Shown in pieces: positions 1 to 9,595 of a DNA stretch of 64,000 bases. Position numbers and translations under genes: made by a program. The DNA lies in assembly GCA_964610335.1 (NCBI GenBank), contig CAZSVP010000001.1:61324-125323 (forward strand), written 5' to 3'. Source of the stretch: an uncultured Candidatus Saccharibacteria bacterium (GTDB lineage Bacteria; Patescibacteriota; Saccharimonadia; CAILAD01; BJGX01). Below the pieces are notes generated by a model. It saw nothing but the letters and a program-made list of their open reading frames with translations. It had not been told where the DNA came from and made no database searches. Each line of letters opens with the position of its first letter. The first letter of the stretch is position 1.

Positions 1-554
1 TGTAATCCTTTTAGGGCTAGACGAATACGATCTTGAGTATCTAGCTTGGCATCAACATCCTTGAGCGCCTTACGGGCATCGTCGGTAGTAAATCCAAGTT
101 GTTTTAGTGCCAGTACAGCAGGATCGTCGTTGGCACTGACAGGTGCTTCTGCTTCCACAATCTTACCCTTCAACTCCAGAATAATTCTCTGTGCAGTTTT
201 TTTACCAATGCCCGATACATTGCTAAACAGTGTGATGTCTCCCGTGATAGTGGCAGTTTGGACTTCGTCTACCGTATGTTTGCCAAGAATTGCCATGGCA
301 GCCTTTGGCCCCACACCGTTGACCGAGGTGAGTTGATAGTAACAAACCCGCTGATCGAGTGTGGCAAAGCCATATAGAGTGTACTCGTCTTCCTTGATAT
401 TCTCCGCAATGTAAAACGATGCTGGCTGACCAATAGTAAGCTCGCTAAGCTCACTTGCCGAAGGCACAACTTCGTAGCCCACGCCACTGGTAATCTCCAC
501 TATGGCGCTATGAGGCATGAGTTCTATAACTGTTCCGGTTATTTTCGCAATCAC
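1..554 (-). CDS. ruvA: Holliday junction DNA helicase RuvA. The C-terminal few residues run off the window start. GTG start at 552-554.
   Basis: Reverse-strand translation VIAKITGTVIELMPH...LTSVNGVGPKAAMAIL...GIGKKTAQRIILELKG matches the RuvA OB-fold plus tandem helix-hairpin-helix motifs. An in-frame TGA lies just upstream of the GTG. ruvC is immediately upstream. Confidence 0.85.
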   Translation of the reverse strand, partial: MIAKITGTVIELMPHSAIVEITSGVGYEVVPSASELSELTIGQPASFYIAENIKEDEYTLYGFATLDQRVCYYQLTSVNGVGPKAAMAILGKHTVDEVQTATITGDITLFSNVSGIGKKTAQRIILELKGKIVEAEAPVSANDDPAVLALKQLGFTTDDARKALKDVDAKLDTQDRIRLALKGL

Positions 555-578
555 AGATGCATTATAGCATCAAATGCT

Positions 579-743
579 CTATCGGCGACGTCTGAATAGT
601 TTGGCAACCCAATGAAAAATAGCCCCCAGAATTGAGAATATACAAACTATTACTACTATCACTGCCAGCCACACAAGCAACTGAATGATGTCACAGTTCT
701 GTGTGCATGCAAACTGGTAGTTGAAGAGAGGCACTTGAATCAT
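579..743 (-). CDS. Small hydrophobic protein of 54 aa with one TM helix, lying between ruvC and ruvA. Hypothetical.
   Basis: ORF MIQVPLFNYQFACTQNCDIIQLLVWLAVIVVIVCIFSILGAIFHWVAKLFRRRR starts 8 nt after the ruvC stop. AGGAG sits 12 nt upstream. It has a TM segment plus a basic C-terminus. The longer ORF in the track (to 803) overlaps the ruvC 3' end. Confidence 0.25.
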   Translation of the reverse strand: MIQVPLFNYQFACTQNCDIIQLLVWLAVIVVIVCIFSILGAIFHWVAKLFRRRR

Positions 744-750
744 AAGCTTA

Positions 751-1221
751 TTATACTCCTTTATTACTTCCTGCGATTGCAATTGCCAGTGCATCCGCCG
801 CATCGTCCGGCTGAGGTAGCTGATCGAGCTTAAGTAACCGCATCACCATCTCTTGTACTTGTGGTTTCTTGGCTTGACCGTTGCCCGTGACAGCACTCTT
901 GATTTGTAGCGGTGTAAATTCGAGTGGCGTAAGTCCATGACTGGCTATTACATATAAAATCACACCCCGAGCCTGCGACACAGCCATGGCAGTAGTGACA
1001 TTGGTAGCAAAATAAAGCTTTTCAACTGCCACTATGTCTGGGTTGTGAGATTTGATAAGTTGATCTAAGTCATCGGCCAACATTACCAGCCGCTTACCCA
1101 TCTCTACTCCCACCGGCGTACTCACAATGCCATAATCGACCATACTAAGCTTGCCATTTTCCTTGTTAACCACCCCAAAGCCAGTGGTAGCTGTGCCAGG
1201 GTCAATGCCGAGAATGATCAT
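751..1221 (-). CDS. ruvC: Crossover junction endodeoxyribonuclease RuvC
   Basis: MIILGIDPGTATTGFGVV... shows the RNase H-like fold with the catalytic Asp in IDPG. The conserved C-terminal DAADALAIAI motif is present. Length is 156 aa. Confidence 0.9.
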   Translation of the reverse strand: MIILGIDPGTATTGFGVVNKENGKLSMVDYGIVSTPVGVEMGKRLVMLADDLDQLIKSHNPDIVAVEKLYFATNVTTAMAVSQARGVILYVIASHGLTPLEFTPLQIKSAVTGNGQAKKPQVQEMVMRLLKLDQLPQPDDAADALAIAIAGSNKGV

Positions 1222-1742
1222 TAGAATCTTACTCTTACTTTCTCAGCCATTTCTTTAGTGCAGACATATGGAAGTACATCGGAATTGGCAGTTTTTAGCT
1301 CTATCATGTCCCAGCCAGGCCGTTCGTAAATGCTCGCGTCTTCAATACTTCCACTTCGAACTGATTGCTTTAGCTTATTGTATTTCAACTCAGGCAGAAC
1401 GAAGTCTATGTCACCCACTTGTGGACTATCCCCACTAGGTTTACGAATATAAAGCCATTCGTAGGTAGCTGCCGGTACATCATTACTATCAGCTATTACA
1501 ATTGGGTCGATTAATTGAAAGTATTTTTGATTTGGATCATCCGATGGTTTAGTTTGCTCCTTTCGAAACTGTGTAAGTAGTTCATACTCGTCATCAAAGT
1601 GACAAAACACTCCAACGTCCCCGGCAACTGATAAGTACTCTCCAATTATTTGTTTACAAAGTTTGTGGCACTCTGTATGTAGATAGTTAATAGCCTGTTC
1701 TAGTTCTGACTTTGACTTGATTGGGCTAAAACGATAATCCAT
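1221..1742 (-). CDS. Hypothetical protein of 173 aa
   Basis: ORF with start/stop overlap to both neighbours (yebC and ruvC), which implies translational coupling. No recognisable motif. Confidence 0.5.
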   Translation of the reverse strand: MDYRFSPIKSKSELEQAINYLHTECHKLCKQIIGEYLSVAGDVGVFCHFDDEYELLTQFRKEQTKPSDDPNQKYFQLIDPIVIADSNDVPAATYEWLYIRKPSGDSPQVGDIDFVLPELKYNKLKQSVRSGSIEDASIYERPGWDMIELKTANSDVLPYVCTKEMAEKVRVRF

Positions 1743-2479
1743 TATTCCAGCGTACTCATAATTTCGTCGGGGATATCAAAGTTGCTAGTTACTTCTACTA
1801 CATCATCAAGGTCATCGAGTGCTTCCATGAGGTTGAGAATAGTCTTAGCTTTGCCGGCATCATCAACAACCACCGTTTGGTTGGCTTCGAGCTTCACCTC
1901 GGCACTTTCGACATTATCTTCGCCTAGCGCATCGCGGACTTTCTCCAAATCGTTTGGCGATGTGTACACCACGAGTTGGTCGCCACTGTCATCGATGTCT
2001 GTAGCGCCAGCCTCAATCGCAATTAGACTAAGTTCGTCTTTGTCGATGCCCTCTTTGCACACAACAATGCCTTTTTGCTCAAAAAGATAACTCACACTCC
2101 CGGGTGCTCCTAAGTTACCACCATGTTTACTAAACGCAGCCTTAACAGCTGGCGCTGTGCGGTTACGGTTGTCGGTGAGAGCTTTGACAAGCACAGCCAC
2201 TCCGGCTGGTCCATATCCCTCATATGCCAACTCCTCGAGCCTAGCACCGTCCCCGTTGCCAGCACCACGAGCAATGGCACGCTCTATGTTGTTGGCTGGT
2301 ACATTGGCTGCTTTGGCTTTTTGGATAGCAAGGCGTAGTTTGAAGTTCATAGTAGGATCAGCACCACCTTGTGCTGCTACAGCAATTTCTGCAGCCATCT
2401 TGGTAAATACCTTGCCACGCTTAGCGTCAGTAATACCTTTTTTATGTTTTATACTGTGCCACTTTGAATGCCCACTCAT
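1742..2479 (-). CDS. yebC: YebC/PmpR family DNA-binding transcriptional regulator
   Basis: N-terminus MSGHSKWHSIKHKKGITDAKRGKVFTKM is the hallmark of the YebC/TACO1 family. Length is 245 aa. Confidence 0.9.
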   Translation of the reverse strand: MSGHSKWHSIKHKKGITDAKRGKVFTKMAAEIAVAAQGGADPTMNFKLRLAIQKAKAANVPANNIERAIARGAGNGDGARLEELAYEGYGPAGVAVLVKALTDNRNRTAPAVKAAFSKHGGNLGAPGSVSYLFEQKGIVVCKEGIDKDELSLIAIEAGATDIDDSGDQLVVYTSPNDLEKVRDALGEDNVESAEVKLEANQTVVVDDAGKAKTILNLMEALDDLDDVVEVTSNFDIPDEIMSTLE

Positions 2480-2512
2480 GTCGAACTCCTGTCGAGCCTC
2501 TACTTTTGCGAA

Positions 2513-4057
2513 TTACTTAGTTGATTGGCTGCGCTGCGACTTCAGCGTACGAAGTTTGTACGTCTCAGCCGACAGCTTGCCATCGCCTTGAACTTCATCA
2601 AAACTAGCAGGCTCTTTACTGTTAGCTATTGGTGAAATTATAGCATTTTTCAGATCATTTTGGAACAGCTTGAGCCGAGGGTTGCGAGTTGTAAGACCTA
2701 TCCATATAAGTAGTACTGAGTAGTAAGTAGTAATTTGCCAAAGGCTCGGCTGGATGATATTGATTTGAGATATTCGCCAACTGCTGATATAGCGCAACAA
2801 GTCAAACAGCACATTTGTACCATATGCCAACCACGTCCCCATAACAATCGAAGCACCAGGCACCAGCAAGTGTAATACTACCAAGGCCATGCCTACCATC
2901 ATAAGTGGTGGGATGATTGGCATGACTATTAGATTGGCCAATGGCGCTATCAGACTTATTTGCCCAAACTTGTAAGCTACTAATCCTAATGTAGCTATTT
3001 GAGCTGCCAGTGTAACTGCCAGTAACTCCATAAGGAGTTTTGGCCTAGATGGTAGTAGCAATTGCAATCTTGGGGTTAGTACAACTATTCCCACAAGTGA
3101 TAAAAATGACAATTGCCAACTCAAATCACTTAGTAAGTACGATGGGCTAATAGTAACCATAATGGCTGCACAAATACCAAGTGCGGGCAAAACTGCTCGA
3201 TCCTTGCCGTAATATCTAAGTACCAAGAATATTGAGGTCATGATCCCGGCACGCATGATTGAGGCGCCGGCACCTGTGAGTAGCACAAACCCCCATACCA
3301 GCCACAATGAGATCGCCAATCCACCCCAGCGCCAACGGCCGTTGAGCAGTCGATCGAGCATACCAGCTAGGATTGAAAGATTGTAGCCCGACACCGCAAT
3401 CACATGAGACAGACCTAACACTGTTAGCATATCCTGCAAATCCTTCGGTAACGATGATCGCTCGCCAATCAATATCCCGACCATGAAGTCACTGCTGGGC
3501 TTGGGCAAAGTAGCACCGACCTCGTTGATCAACCAATCCTTGGCTCGGATCTCAATCGGCTGGTTGGCGCTAATAACATCTACTTTGGCATAGCGTACAC
3601 CTGCCTCTGTACGCCCGAGGGTTGGCCAGAGCTTACCACTCACCTGGACACGATTACCTTGTTTAGCTATTCCAGTAAGCGATTTAACTCTGATGTTATG
3701 ATCAAACTGTTTGCCATTGATCGAAACACTGCCAATCTCAAATACATATTCTCCTTGTTGATCCCAGCTTGGCCGAGTTGCTACAGTACCAACTGCCACA
3801 ATCTTTTGGCCAAGAAAGTTTGTATATGAATATTGCTGTGCTTGTGAAAAGTAGAGATCCCCTCTCCAAATGCCAAGGCTTAAGCCAATCACCGCAAGTA
3901 GCACATAGGCATATTTAGAGTGGACAGTCGCCAAAGCTAACACACAATAAGCTGTTAACAGCAAGATCAAATTTGGCTGTATCAAAAAATGAGCGCTATA
4001 AACAATACCAACCAGAAAGCCTAATGCGAGTATAATTATTTGGACAGTTCGACGCAT
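2513..4057 (-). CDS. comEC: ComEC/Rec2 family DNA internalisation competence channel. Membrane domain only, no metallo-beta-lactamase domain.
   Basis: 514-aa polytopic membrane protein. An N-terminal OB-like soluble insert (DUF4131-like) is followed by the competence-domain helices (...LGLSHVIAVSGYNLSILAG...). Confidence 0.7.
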   Translation of the reverse strand: MRRTVQIIILALGFLVGIVYSAHFLIQPNLILLLTAYCVLALATVHSKYAYVLLAVIGLSLGIWRGDLYFSQAQQYSYTNFLGQKIVAVGTVATRPSWDQQGEYVFEIGSVSINGKQFDHNIRVKSLTGIAKQGNRVQVSGKLWPTLGRTEAGVRYAKVDVISANQPIEIRAKDWLINEVGATLPKPSSDFMVGILIGERSSLPKDLQDMLTVLGLSHVIAVSGYNLSILAGMLDRLLNGRWRWGGLAISLWLVWGFVLLTGAGASIMRAGIMTSIFLVLRYYGKDRAVLPALGICAAIMVTISPSYLLSDLSWQLSFLSLVGIVVLTPRLQLLLPSRPKLLMELLAVTLAAQIATLGLVAYKFGQISLIAPLANLIVMPIIPPLMMVGMALVVLHLLVPGASIVMGTWLAYGTNVLFDLLRYISSWRISQINIIQPSLWQITTYYSVLLIWIGLTTRNPRLKLFQNDLKNAIISPIANSKEPASFDEVQGDGKLSAETYKLRTLKSQRSQSTK

Positions 4058-4102
4058 ACATCATAGATTAGTACTATGAGCATTTTATAGACAAGCATAA
4101 TA

Positions 4103-4127
4103 AATAAAAAATCCGCACACGGCGGAA
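4103..4127 (-). terminator. Rho-independent terminator following tRNA-Lys
   Basis: Minus-strand read tccgccgtgtgcgga followed by ttttttattt. Confidence 0.5.
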
Positions 4128-4133
4128 ATCTCA

Positions 4134-4210
4134 TGGAGGGCCCGGTGGGACTCGAACCCACGACACCCTGCTTAAAAGGCAGGTGCTCTAACCAACTGAG
4201 CTACGGGCCC
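4134..4210 (-). tRNA. tRNA-Lys (anticodon TTT)
   Basis: Reverse complement gggcccgtagctcagttggttagagcacctgccTTTTAAgcagg...ggttcgagtcccaccgggccctcca. Cloverleaf with a 7-nt anticodon loop cTTTTaa and an encoded CCA. Confidence 0.9.
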
Positions 4211-4283
4211 TTACGGTTTAGTACATGTAAGAGCAATTAATCTACTTTTAACCTGATTATTCTACTGCTTTTGAAGACAAAAA

Positions 4284-5447
4284 TCAATGCTCACGATCTT
4301 GTATGTGAGATTTGTACCGAGCATTGGCATCGCGAGCTGCGTCGCCCATAAGTTCAGCAATGCTACGCCTGTGAACATCGGCTAGTTCTTCGGCACCGTG
4401 TTGTCTGGCAAGAGAGTACTTTGGAGGTACCGGGAACCACATGTTTAGCTCCATAACTCTCCAACGCTGGCCATCCCACGCAGCGTCTACTGCCCCATGC
4501 AAATGGTTTACTTCTGCCCTGGTTAGTATGTCATTGGCTATTGTGGTTGCCATACTTTCCAATTCAGGTGGCAAGTGTTGCTGAATATCAAGCAAAAGCC
4601 AATCGTCGTCTTCAGTATCTCTAGTGCGTACTGTTTGGTCACCCTTGGGCTTAAATAGCCTCGCATAAGGTATGATCAACTTCTTATCACCCCAGTACAG
4701 CATCAGTCGAACTTCCTTGGGGTCATGTTTGTGTGCCTCATAATCTTGCTTGCAGCTTGATATTACTGCATTGGCTATTTCACTAGGGAAGGGTTGTTTT
4801 GTATCAATCAACTCTTGCAACAAGTAGCCGTGTTCGCGATTGAGATTCAAATCAATCTGGCCATCGGCACTCAACAAATGTGTTGTCCCGTCTTGTTGTA
4901 CCTCTACCTTGTACTTGTTGTCGTCCAGCAAATCTTGTTTGGGTACTATAAGCCGACCTCGGCTATCCTCAGACTTAACAGGTTTTAATACCACTGAGTC
5001 AGTACCAATATCTTGCAACTGCTTTTTTAACTTGTCAGGCTCGACGACCAAAGTAAGTGGCTGTAAATCACCTATAAACTCATAAGCCTTGTCTTTCTCG
5101 TCAAGTTCTCTTACCTTAGCTGCATTTACAACACTTGGCCCAAACTGCTCAACCTCTGGTGCAATGTCACGTCCGTAGGTACGAATCGAAGTTGCCCCTA
5201 CCGGCATCTCTTGATCCGCCGGGCTGGTTTTGACATGCAAGCTATCACCATCTCTTTCAATATTGACGGCATACGGCACTACCATCCCTGACTCCATATC
5301 AAACTGTTCGTTGCCACGTACTACAAAGACTTCTACCCCTTGGCCATGAAGTTCCTCAATAACTCTACGATAGCCCTCACCACTCAAAGTCTTGTCGCTA
5401 CCATAACCTTCACGAAAGTACATCAAGGATTTATCATTGGTTTCCAT
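4284..5447 (-). CDS. Divergent ATP-grasp family protein of 387 aa with a roughly 150-aa N-terminal extension
   Basis: ATP-grasp-like motifs: VVLKPVKSEDSRGRLIV (phosphate-binding loop), YLLQELID (hinge), and AVDAAWDGQRWRVMELNMWFP (the Mg-binding E-x-N motif). It is the last gene of the RimK-like operon. Confidence 0.5.
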   Translation of the reverse strand: METNDKSLMYFREGYGSDKTLSGEGYRRVIEELHGQGVEVFVVRGNEQFDMESGMVVPYAVNIERDGDSLHVKTSPADQEMPVGATSIRTYGRDIAPEVEQFGPSVVNAAKVRELDEKDKAYEFIGDLQPLTLVVEPDKLKKQLQDIGTDSVVLKPVKSEDSRGRLIVPKQDLLDDNKYKVEVQQDGTTHLLSADGQIDLNLNREHGYLLQELIDTKQPFPSEIANAVISSCKQDYEAHKHDPKEVRLMLYWGDKKLIIPYARLFKPKGDQTVRTRDTEDDDWLLLDIQQHLPPELESMATTIANDILTRAEVNHLHGAVDAAWDGQRWRVMELNMWFPVPPKYSLARQHGAEELADVHRRSIAELMGDAARDANARYKSHIQDREH

Positions 5448-5490
5448 ACCAACAATTGTAACTTAAATGGCTATAAATTAGTAATGCTTA

Positions 5491-6396
5491 CTAGGCGCCG
5501 ATACGATCTTTACGGCGTTTGCCAAGAGCCTTGTCAACGACATAGTCAATGATCTCACCAGCTATGTCTTCACCCGTTTGCTGTTCAATGCCTTGCAGGC
5601 CAGGGCTGGAGTTTACCTCTAGCACCAGTGGTCCTTTTTGTGAGCGAATAATGTCAACTCCTGCTATGTTAAGCCCTAGCGTTCGAGCTGCCTTGATCGC
5701 CACATTGGCTTCTTTCTTGGTAAGTTCTGCTGGTTGGGCCTTACCACCGCGATGTAGGTTGCTACGAAAATCACCTTCAGCTCCCTTGCGAAGCATAGCA
5801 CCTACAACTCGATCCCCCACAACTATTACTCTCAAATCTGCTCCGTTGGCTTCCTCAATAAATTCTTGGATTAATATGTTGGCACCTAGCCCATAAAATG
5901 CATCGATTACTGACTTGGCAGCTTTCTTTGTTTCGGCCAGAACCACACCAATACCATGAGTACCTTCTAATAGTTTAATAATCACAGGTGTGCCACCAAC
6001 CATATCAAGTAGCTCCTCGGTGTATTCACCTTCACGAGCAAAGACTGTCTTGGGAATATTTACTCCAGAACGAGCAAGTATCTGCATGCTACGTAGCTTG
6101 TCGCGACTGCGTACCAAGGCCAGTGAGCTAACAGAACAATACTTACGCATCATCTCAAACTGCCTGATAACCGCACTACCATAAGAAGTGATGGATTGAC
6201 CAATTCGAGGAATTACTATGTCTACATCGGCTAGTGACTCGCCTTCAAATACGATGTTAGGTTTGTTGGACTCAATGTCCATATAGCATTTTGCATGATT
6301 CACTACCAACGCCTCATGGCCTCGTTTTTCACAAGCTTCTACAAGTCGCATAGTAGTATAGTTTTTGGGGCCTCTTGAGAGGATAGCAATTTTCAT
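5491..6396 (-). CDS. rimK: RimK-family alpha-L-glutamate ligase (ATP-grasp)
   Basis: 301 aa. [21 protein letters not shown]..., [35 protein letters not shown], and [21 protein letters not shown] are canonical RimK/ATP-grasp motifs. Confidence 0.85.
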   Translation of the reverse strand: MKIAILSRGPKNYTTMRLVEACEKRGHEALVVNHAKCYMDIESNKPNIVFEGESLADVDIVIPRIGQSITSYGSAVIRQFEMMRKYCSVSSLALVRSRDKLRSMQILARSGVNIPKTVFAREGEYTEELLDMVGGTPVIIKLLEGTHGIGVVLAETKKAAKSVIDAFYGLGANILIQEFIEEANGADLRVIVVGDRVVGAMLRKGAEGDFRSNLHRGGKAQPAELTKKEANVAIKAARTLGLNIAGVDIIRSQKGPLVLEVNSSPGLQGIEQQTGEDIAGEIIDYVVDKALGKRRKDRIGA

Positions 6397-6400
6397 AGTC

Positions 6401-8665
6401 TTATTTTACCAGTAATTTAGCAGTATCTACTAGGAATCGCCCAGCCAAAGCTCGACGACCTAACAAAGCCGGGAATATCATATTTGATCGATTACTCAAT
6501 GTAAAGGGCGTTACGAAGGTCTTGCCATTTACAGCAACCTCCAAATATACGACGTACCTGGTTTCTAACACCCCACTGGTGTTACGCACTCGGACCGTTT
6601 CATAGTCGTAGGATGTTGCTGGCTTTTCGGTTGATGCTGAAGGATGTTTTTCAACCAATGGCCAATACTTGATATAGTTCTTACCTTGCTGATCAACCTC
6701 TTCGACAACATCCTGACAATGTAGTGCACTGTAGTCTGCCCCAGAGTCAACTCGTGCTTCCACACCACTAAGGCCTAGCTGCTGAAAATCAAGCATTGCT
6801 TTGCGACCAATAATGTCAGTTTGGTCAAGTTGCTTGGATGATTTGCGAGTTTTGGGACGTGCTGCAAATGAAGTACTTGCCATCAAAAACAACACATTGC
6901 GGTGTTCGGACTTAAAAATATTGTCTTTAGAGTAGGCATAATGCTCACTTGTCATAGGATCGATTAGATAATTTCCAATGCGCGAGAAGTAACTGCTAGA
7001 ATCCTGCAATATTGGGTCGAACAATCTAGAGTTGTATCCACAAAGTGATGCTGCAACCAAGAACTCGTATTTATTATCAAGGCTAACACTCGCCCAAGAT
7101 TTATATATTGTCCTTTCGGCGACTTTTAGTAGCGCGCTACAGCGTAGGTCATTAACTCCCACATTATAAAACTCAGACAACCCAATAATAATATGTGTTA
7201 CAAAGTATAGCTGCAGTTGATCAGCAGTAGCTTGATCGATGCCTAGCCTACTTTTATTGGCTGCATAGCTATCGGCAATCTCTGTTAGTGCTGGCAATGG
7301 ATCCGGCAGCTGTTTTGATAGCTTCATGTTATGTTTGCTATAGAACCTGGCAAGATACAAGAAGTTTATGGCGTGGGTTGAAAGTATCATGAGTGCGTCT
7401 TTGTCTTCAAGCAAAACATTGTATAACTCGACCATGTACTTTTCATCTACGAACTTCTTGGCTTGTTCTCGCAGATCTTGTTGGTATATAGTCTCACAAA
7501 ACAGAACTTTAAATAGTATTCCGGTATAAGCTGTCAGTTGTGGATATTTAGCAAAGTACGGCGCTCTAGCCTCGGCATTCTTTGTCTTCTTACCACGAGT
7601 CTTTGAGTTTGTTTCAAAGATCTTCTGTAATTTACCAGCTGATTCCTTTGCTGAGAGACCTATGTATTCTTCTCTTAGTTCTAGCAAACGATGATGATAC
7701 TGTATATCCCTACCCCAGAGATACATACGCGAGTAATAATGGAACGCTTTGTTTTGGTTTGTTTTAAACGCCTGATCAAATGTGTCTTTGACAGCAAGGT
7801 AGGTTTCTTTGTGCCGAGTTTGAGAATTTTTTAGGTAGCTACAGATATTGGCAGCAACATCAATGCCAGTAACGTTTTGGAATTCTTGCCAATCAGCGGT
7901 AGTGCCAATTTCCAAAATGTAATACTGCTTAGTACGCTCATCTTGAATAATATCAATACTTGCAAACTCCAGCCCAAAGACTGCAGTTGCTCGTAGCGAC
8001 GTAGCTTTGAGCTGTTCTAATATGGCAGTATTTGACTCTTCTGCAGCCATACCACCTTGGCTAATATTGTTCACGATACTACCTGGTTTTGCACTACGAT
8101 GCATTACTCCAAGTACAGATCCGTTCAACACTAAAACACGCCAGTCACCTTTGTTTGGTATGTAGGTTTGGAATATATAATCCTTGTACTTCTTATCAAA
8201 CTTAGGCAAGTCAGTATTACTTTTAAGCAATACAATATTCTTGCCTTTTGTACCATAATTTGGCTTAGCAATAATAGGGAAGTATACTACACCCTGCTTG
8301 ATAGCATCTTCTAAGTCACTTAAGTTCCTTGGCCGAACTGTCGGGATAGCATACTCAGGCATATTCTCAGCTATCACGCTTTGCTGATAATATTTGTAGC
8401 TTGTATATGGGTTGTTAAGCGATATTCTATTGAGTAAGTGGTTGTCTTGTTCAATCAGCCTAGCAGCTGCGGCTTTTTCGGAACGGATATCCAACGATGA
8501 ACTACGCCATACCACTGCGGAATTATTGAACTTAAGCTGGCTATTTAGGTCCTTTCGAGGATTCAAGTTTACTATCTTAGTACTAAACCCATGTTTTTTG
8601 GCTGACGCTTGTAACTTTTGTACATGATAGTCTTTTGAATCTCGGGAGATTATTACTAGTTTCAT
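6401..8665 (-). CDS. Three-domain fusion: N-terminal RimK-like ATP-grasp ligase (about 290 aa), an unknown alpha-helical middle domain (about 310 aa), and a C-terminal DUF785/retropepsin-like domain (the putative ATP-dependent zinc protease, RimB-like).
   Basis: N-terminus: [49 protein letters not shown]-terminus: [20 protein letters not shown]...[46 protein letters not shown], typical of Zn_protease/DUF785. Confidence 0.7.
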   Translation of the reverse strand: MKLVIISRDSKDYHVQKLQASAKKHGFSTKIVNLNPRKDLNSQLKFNNSAVVWRSSSLDIRSEKAAAARLIEQDNHLLNRISLNNPYTSYKYYQQSVIAENMPEYAIPTVRPRNLSDLEDAIKQGVVYFPIIAKPNYGTKGKNIVLLKSNTDLPKFDKKYKDYIFQTYIPNKGDWRVLVLNGSVLGVMHRSAKPGSIVNNISQGGMAAEESNTAILEQLKATSLRATAVFGLEFASIDIIQDERTKQYYILEIGTTADWQEFQNVTGIDVAANICSYLKNSQTRHKETYLAVKDTFDQAFKTNQNKAFHYYSRMYLWGRDIQYHHRLLELREEYIGLSAKESAGKLQKIFETNSKTRGKKTKNAEARAPYFAKYPQLTAYTGILFKVLFCETIYQQDLREQAKKFVDEKYMVELYNVLLEDKDALMILSTHAINFLYLARFYSKHNMKLSKQLPDPLPALTEIADSYAANKSRLGIDQATADQLQLYFVTHIIIGLSEFYNVGVNDLRCSALLKVAERTIYKSWASVSLDNKYEFLVAASLCGYNSRLFDPILQDSSSYFSRIGNYLIDPMTSEHYAYSKDNIFKSEHRNVLFLMASTSFAARPKTRKSSKQLDQTDIIGRKAMLDFQQLGLSGVEARVDSGADYSALHCQDVVEEVDQQGKNYIKYWPLVEKHPSASTEKPATSYDYETVRVRNTSGVLETRYVVYLEVAVNGKTFVTPFTLSNRSNMIFPALLGRRALAGRFLVDTAKLLVK

Positions 8666-8670
8666 ACAAA

Positions 8671-9528
8671 CTATCCAAATCTTTTCTTAAGCTCTACCAC
8701 TACTTCTTCAGCAACATTTACTCCTGTCATAGCTTGGAAACCATTGTCTCCGTCCCACTCTGGTGCAGAGTTAATCTCTAAGAAAAAGAATGCACCTGTC
8801 GACTTGTCTTGTATCACATCAACTCCACACAATTTGTACCCAATATTGTTAGCCATTCGCACCGCTATATTACTAACCTCTCGTACAACCTCAGGGTCTG
8901 TCTCATGCTCTGAACTTCCTCCTTGAGAAATGTTGTTTAGATAGTGTCCTTTGCGAGCAATGCGCTTCATCACACCCAAAGCCCGCCCCTCAAACACAAT
9001 AATGCGCCAATCACCGTCGTTAGGGATAAAGTTTTGGAATACCATGTCTGAAATGATTGGCTTTATTTCCTTTAGTTGAATGGCTGATTTTACTAGCACA
9101 ATACCCTTGCCCTGCGCACCATAATTTGGTTTGGCTATAAACGGATAATGCAGCATATTGGCTTCAATTGCTGCCTTTAATTCTTTAAGTAGATGGAACC
9201 GATAAGTAGCTATATGTGGAACATGTTTGTCGTGTTCTGCCACCATTTGCTGTACAAATTTGTACGCCACAAATGGTCGCTGCAATACTGCGTCATTGAT
9301 AACATACTTGTCTTTGAGAATCTCACCAACCACAGCTCGCTCCGATCTAATATCCAATTTGGATGCACGCCAAAGCACAACATCACCAAATTGCTCAACA
9401 TCCGCTACAATTGTATTTGGATTATGCAGGTGATGCACTTGAGCCTCAACATTGTGTTTCTTACAAGCATCAATTAGCTGTTGAACATGCCAATTACTTA
9501 TTGATTTTGAAACAATAGAAAACTTCAC
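8671..9528 (-). CDS. RimK-like ATP-grasp ligase of 285 aa with a GTG start
   Basis: HYPFIAKPNYGAQGKGIVLVKS, DWRIIVFEGRALGVMKR, and GAFFFLEINSAPEW are ATP-grasp motifs. GGAGG sits 7 nt upstream of the GTG. Confidence 0.8.
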   Translation of the reverse strand: MKFSIVSKSISNWHVQQLIDACKKHNVEAQVHHLHNPNTIVADVEQFGDVVLWRASKLDIRSERAVVGEILKDKYVINDAVLQRPFVAYKFVQQMVAEHDKHVPHIATYRFHLLKELKAAIEANMLHYPFIAKPNYGAQGKGIVLVKSAIQLKEIKPIISDMVFQNFIPNDGDWRIIVFEGRALGVMKRIARKGHYLNNISQGGSSEHETDPEVVREVSNIAVRMANNIGYKLCGVDVIQDKSTGAFFFLEINSAPEWDGDNGFQAMTGVNVAEEVVVELKKRFG

Positions 9529-9563
9529 GGCAATCCTCCGCTTTGGTTAGTAAATTTGCACTT

Positions 9564-9592
9564 ATTATACCACAAACAGATGAGTTTGCCAA
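9564..9592 (-). promoter_or_regulatory. Sigma70-type promoter of the ATP-grasp operon (TTGGCA-N17-TGgTATAAT)
   Basis: Read on the minus strand: ttggca, then aactcatctgtttgtgg, then tataat with a TG extension. It lies in the 68-bp gap upstream of the first RimK-like gene. Confidence 0.5.
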
Positions 9593-9595
9593 TTG

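Noticed and set aside
1782-2591. Plus-strand ORFs antisense to yebC and comEC (1782-2090, 2123-2338, 2157-2591)
   Set aside because: Ser/Ala-rich low-complexity translations, entirely antisense to well-supported genes.
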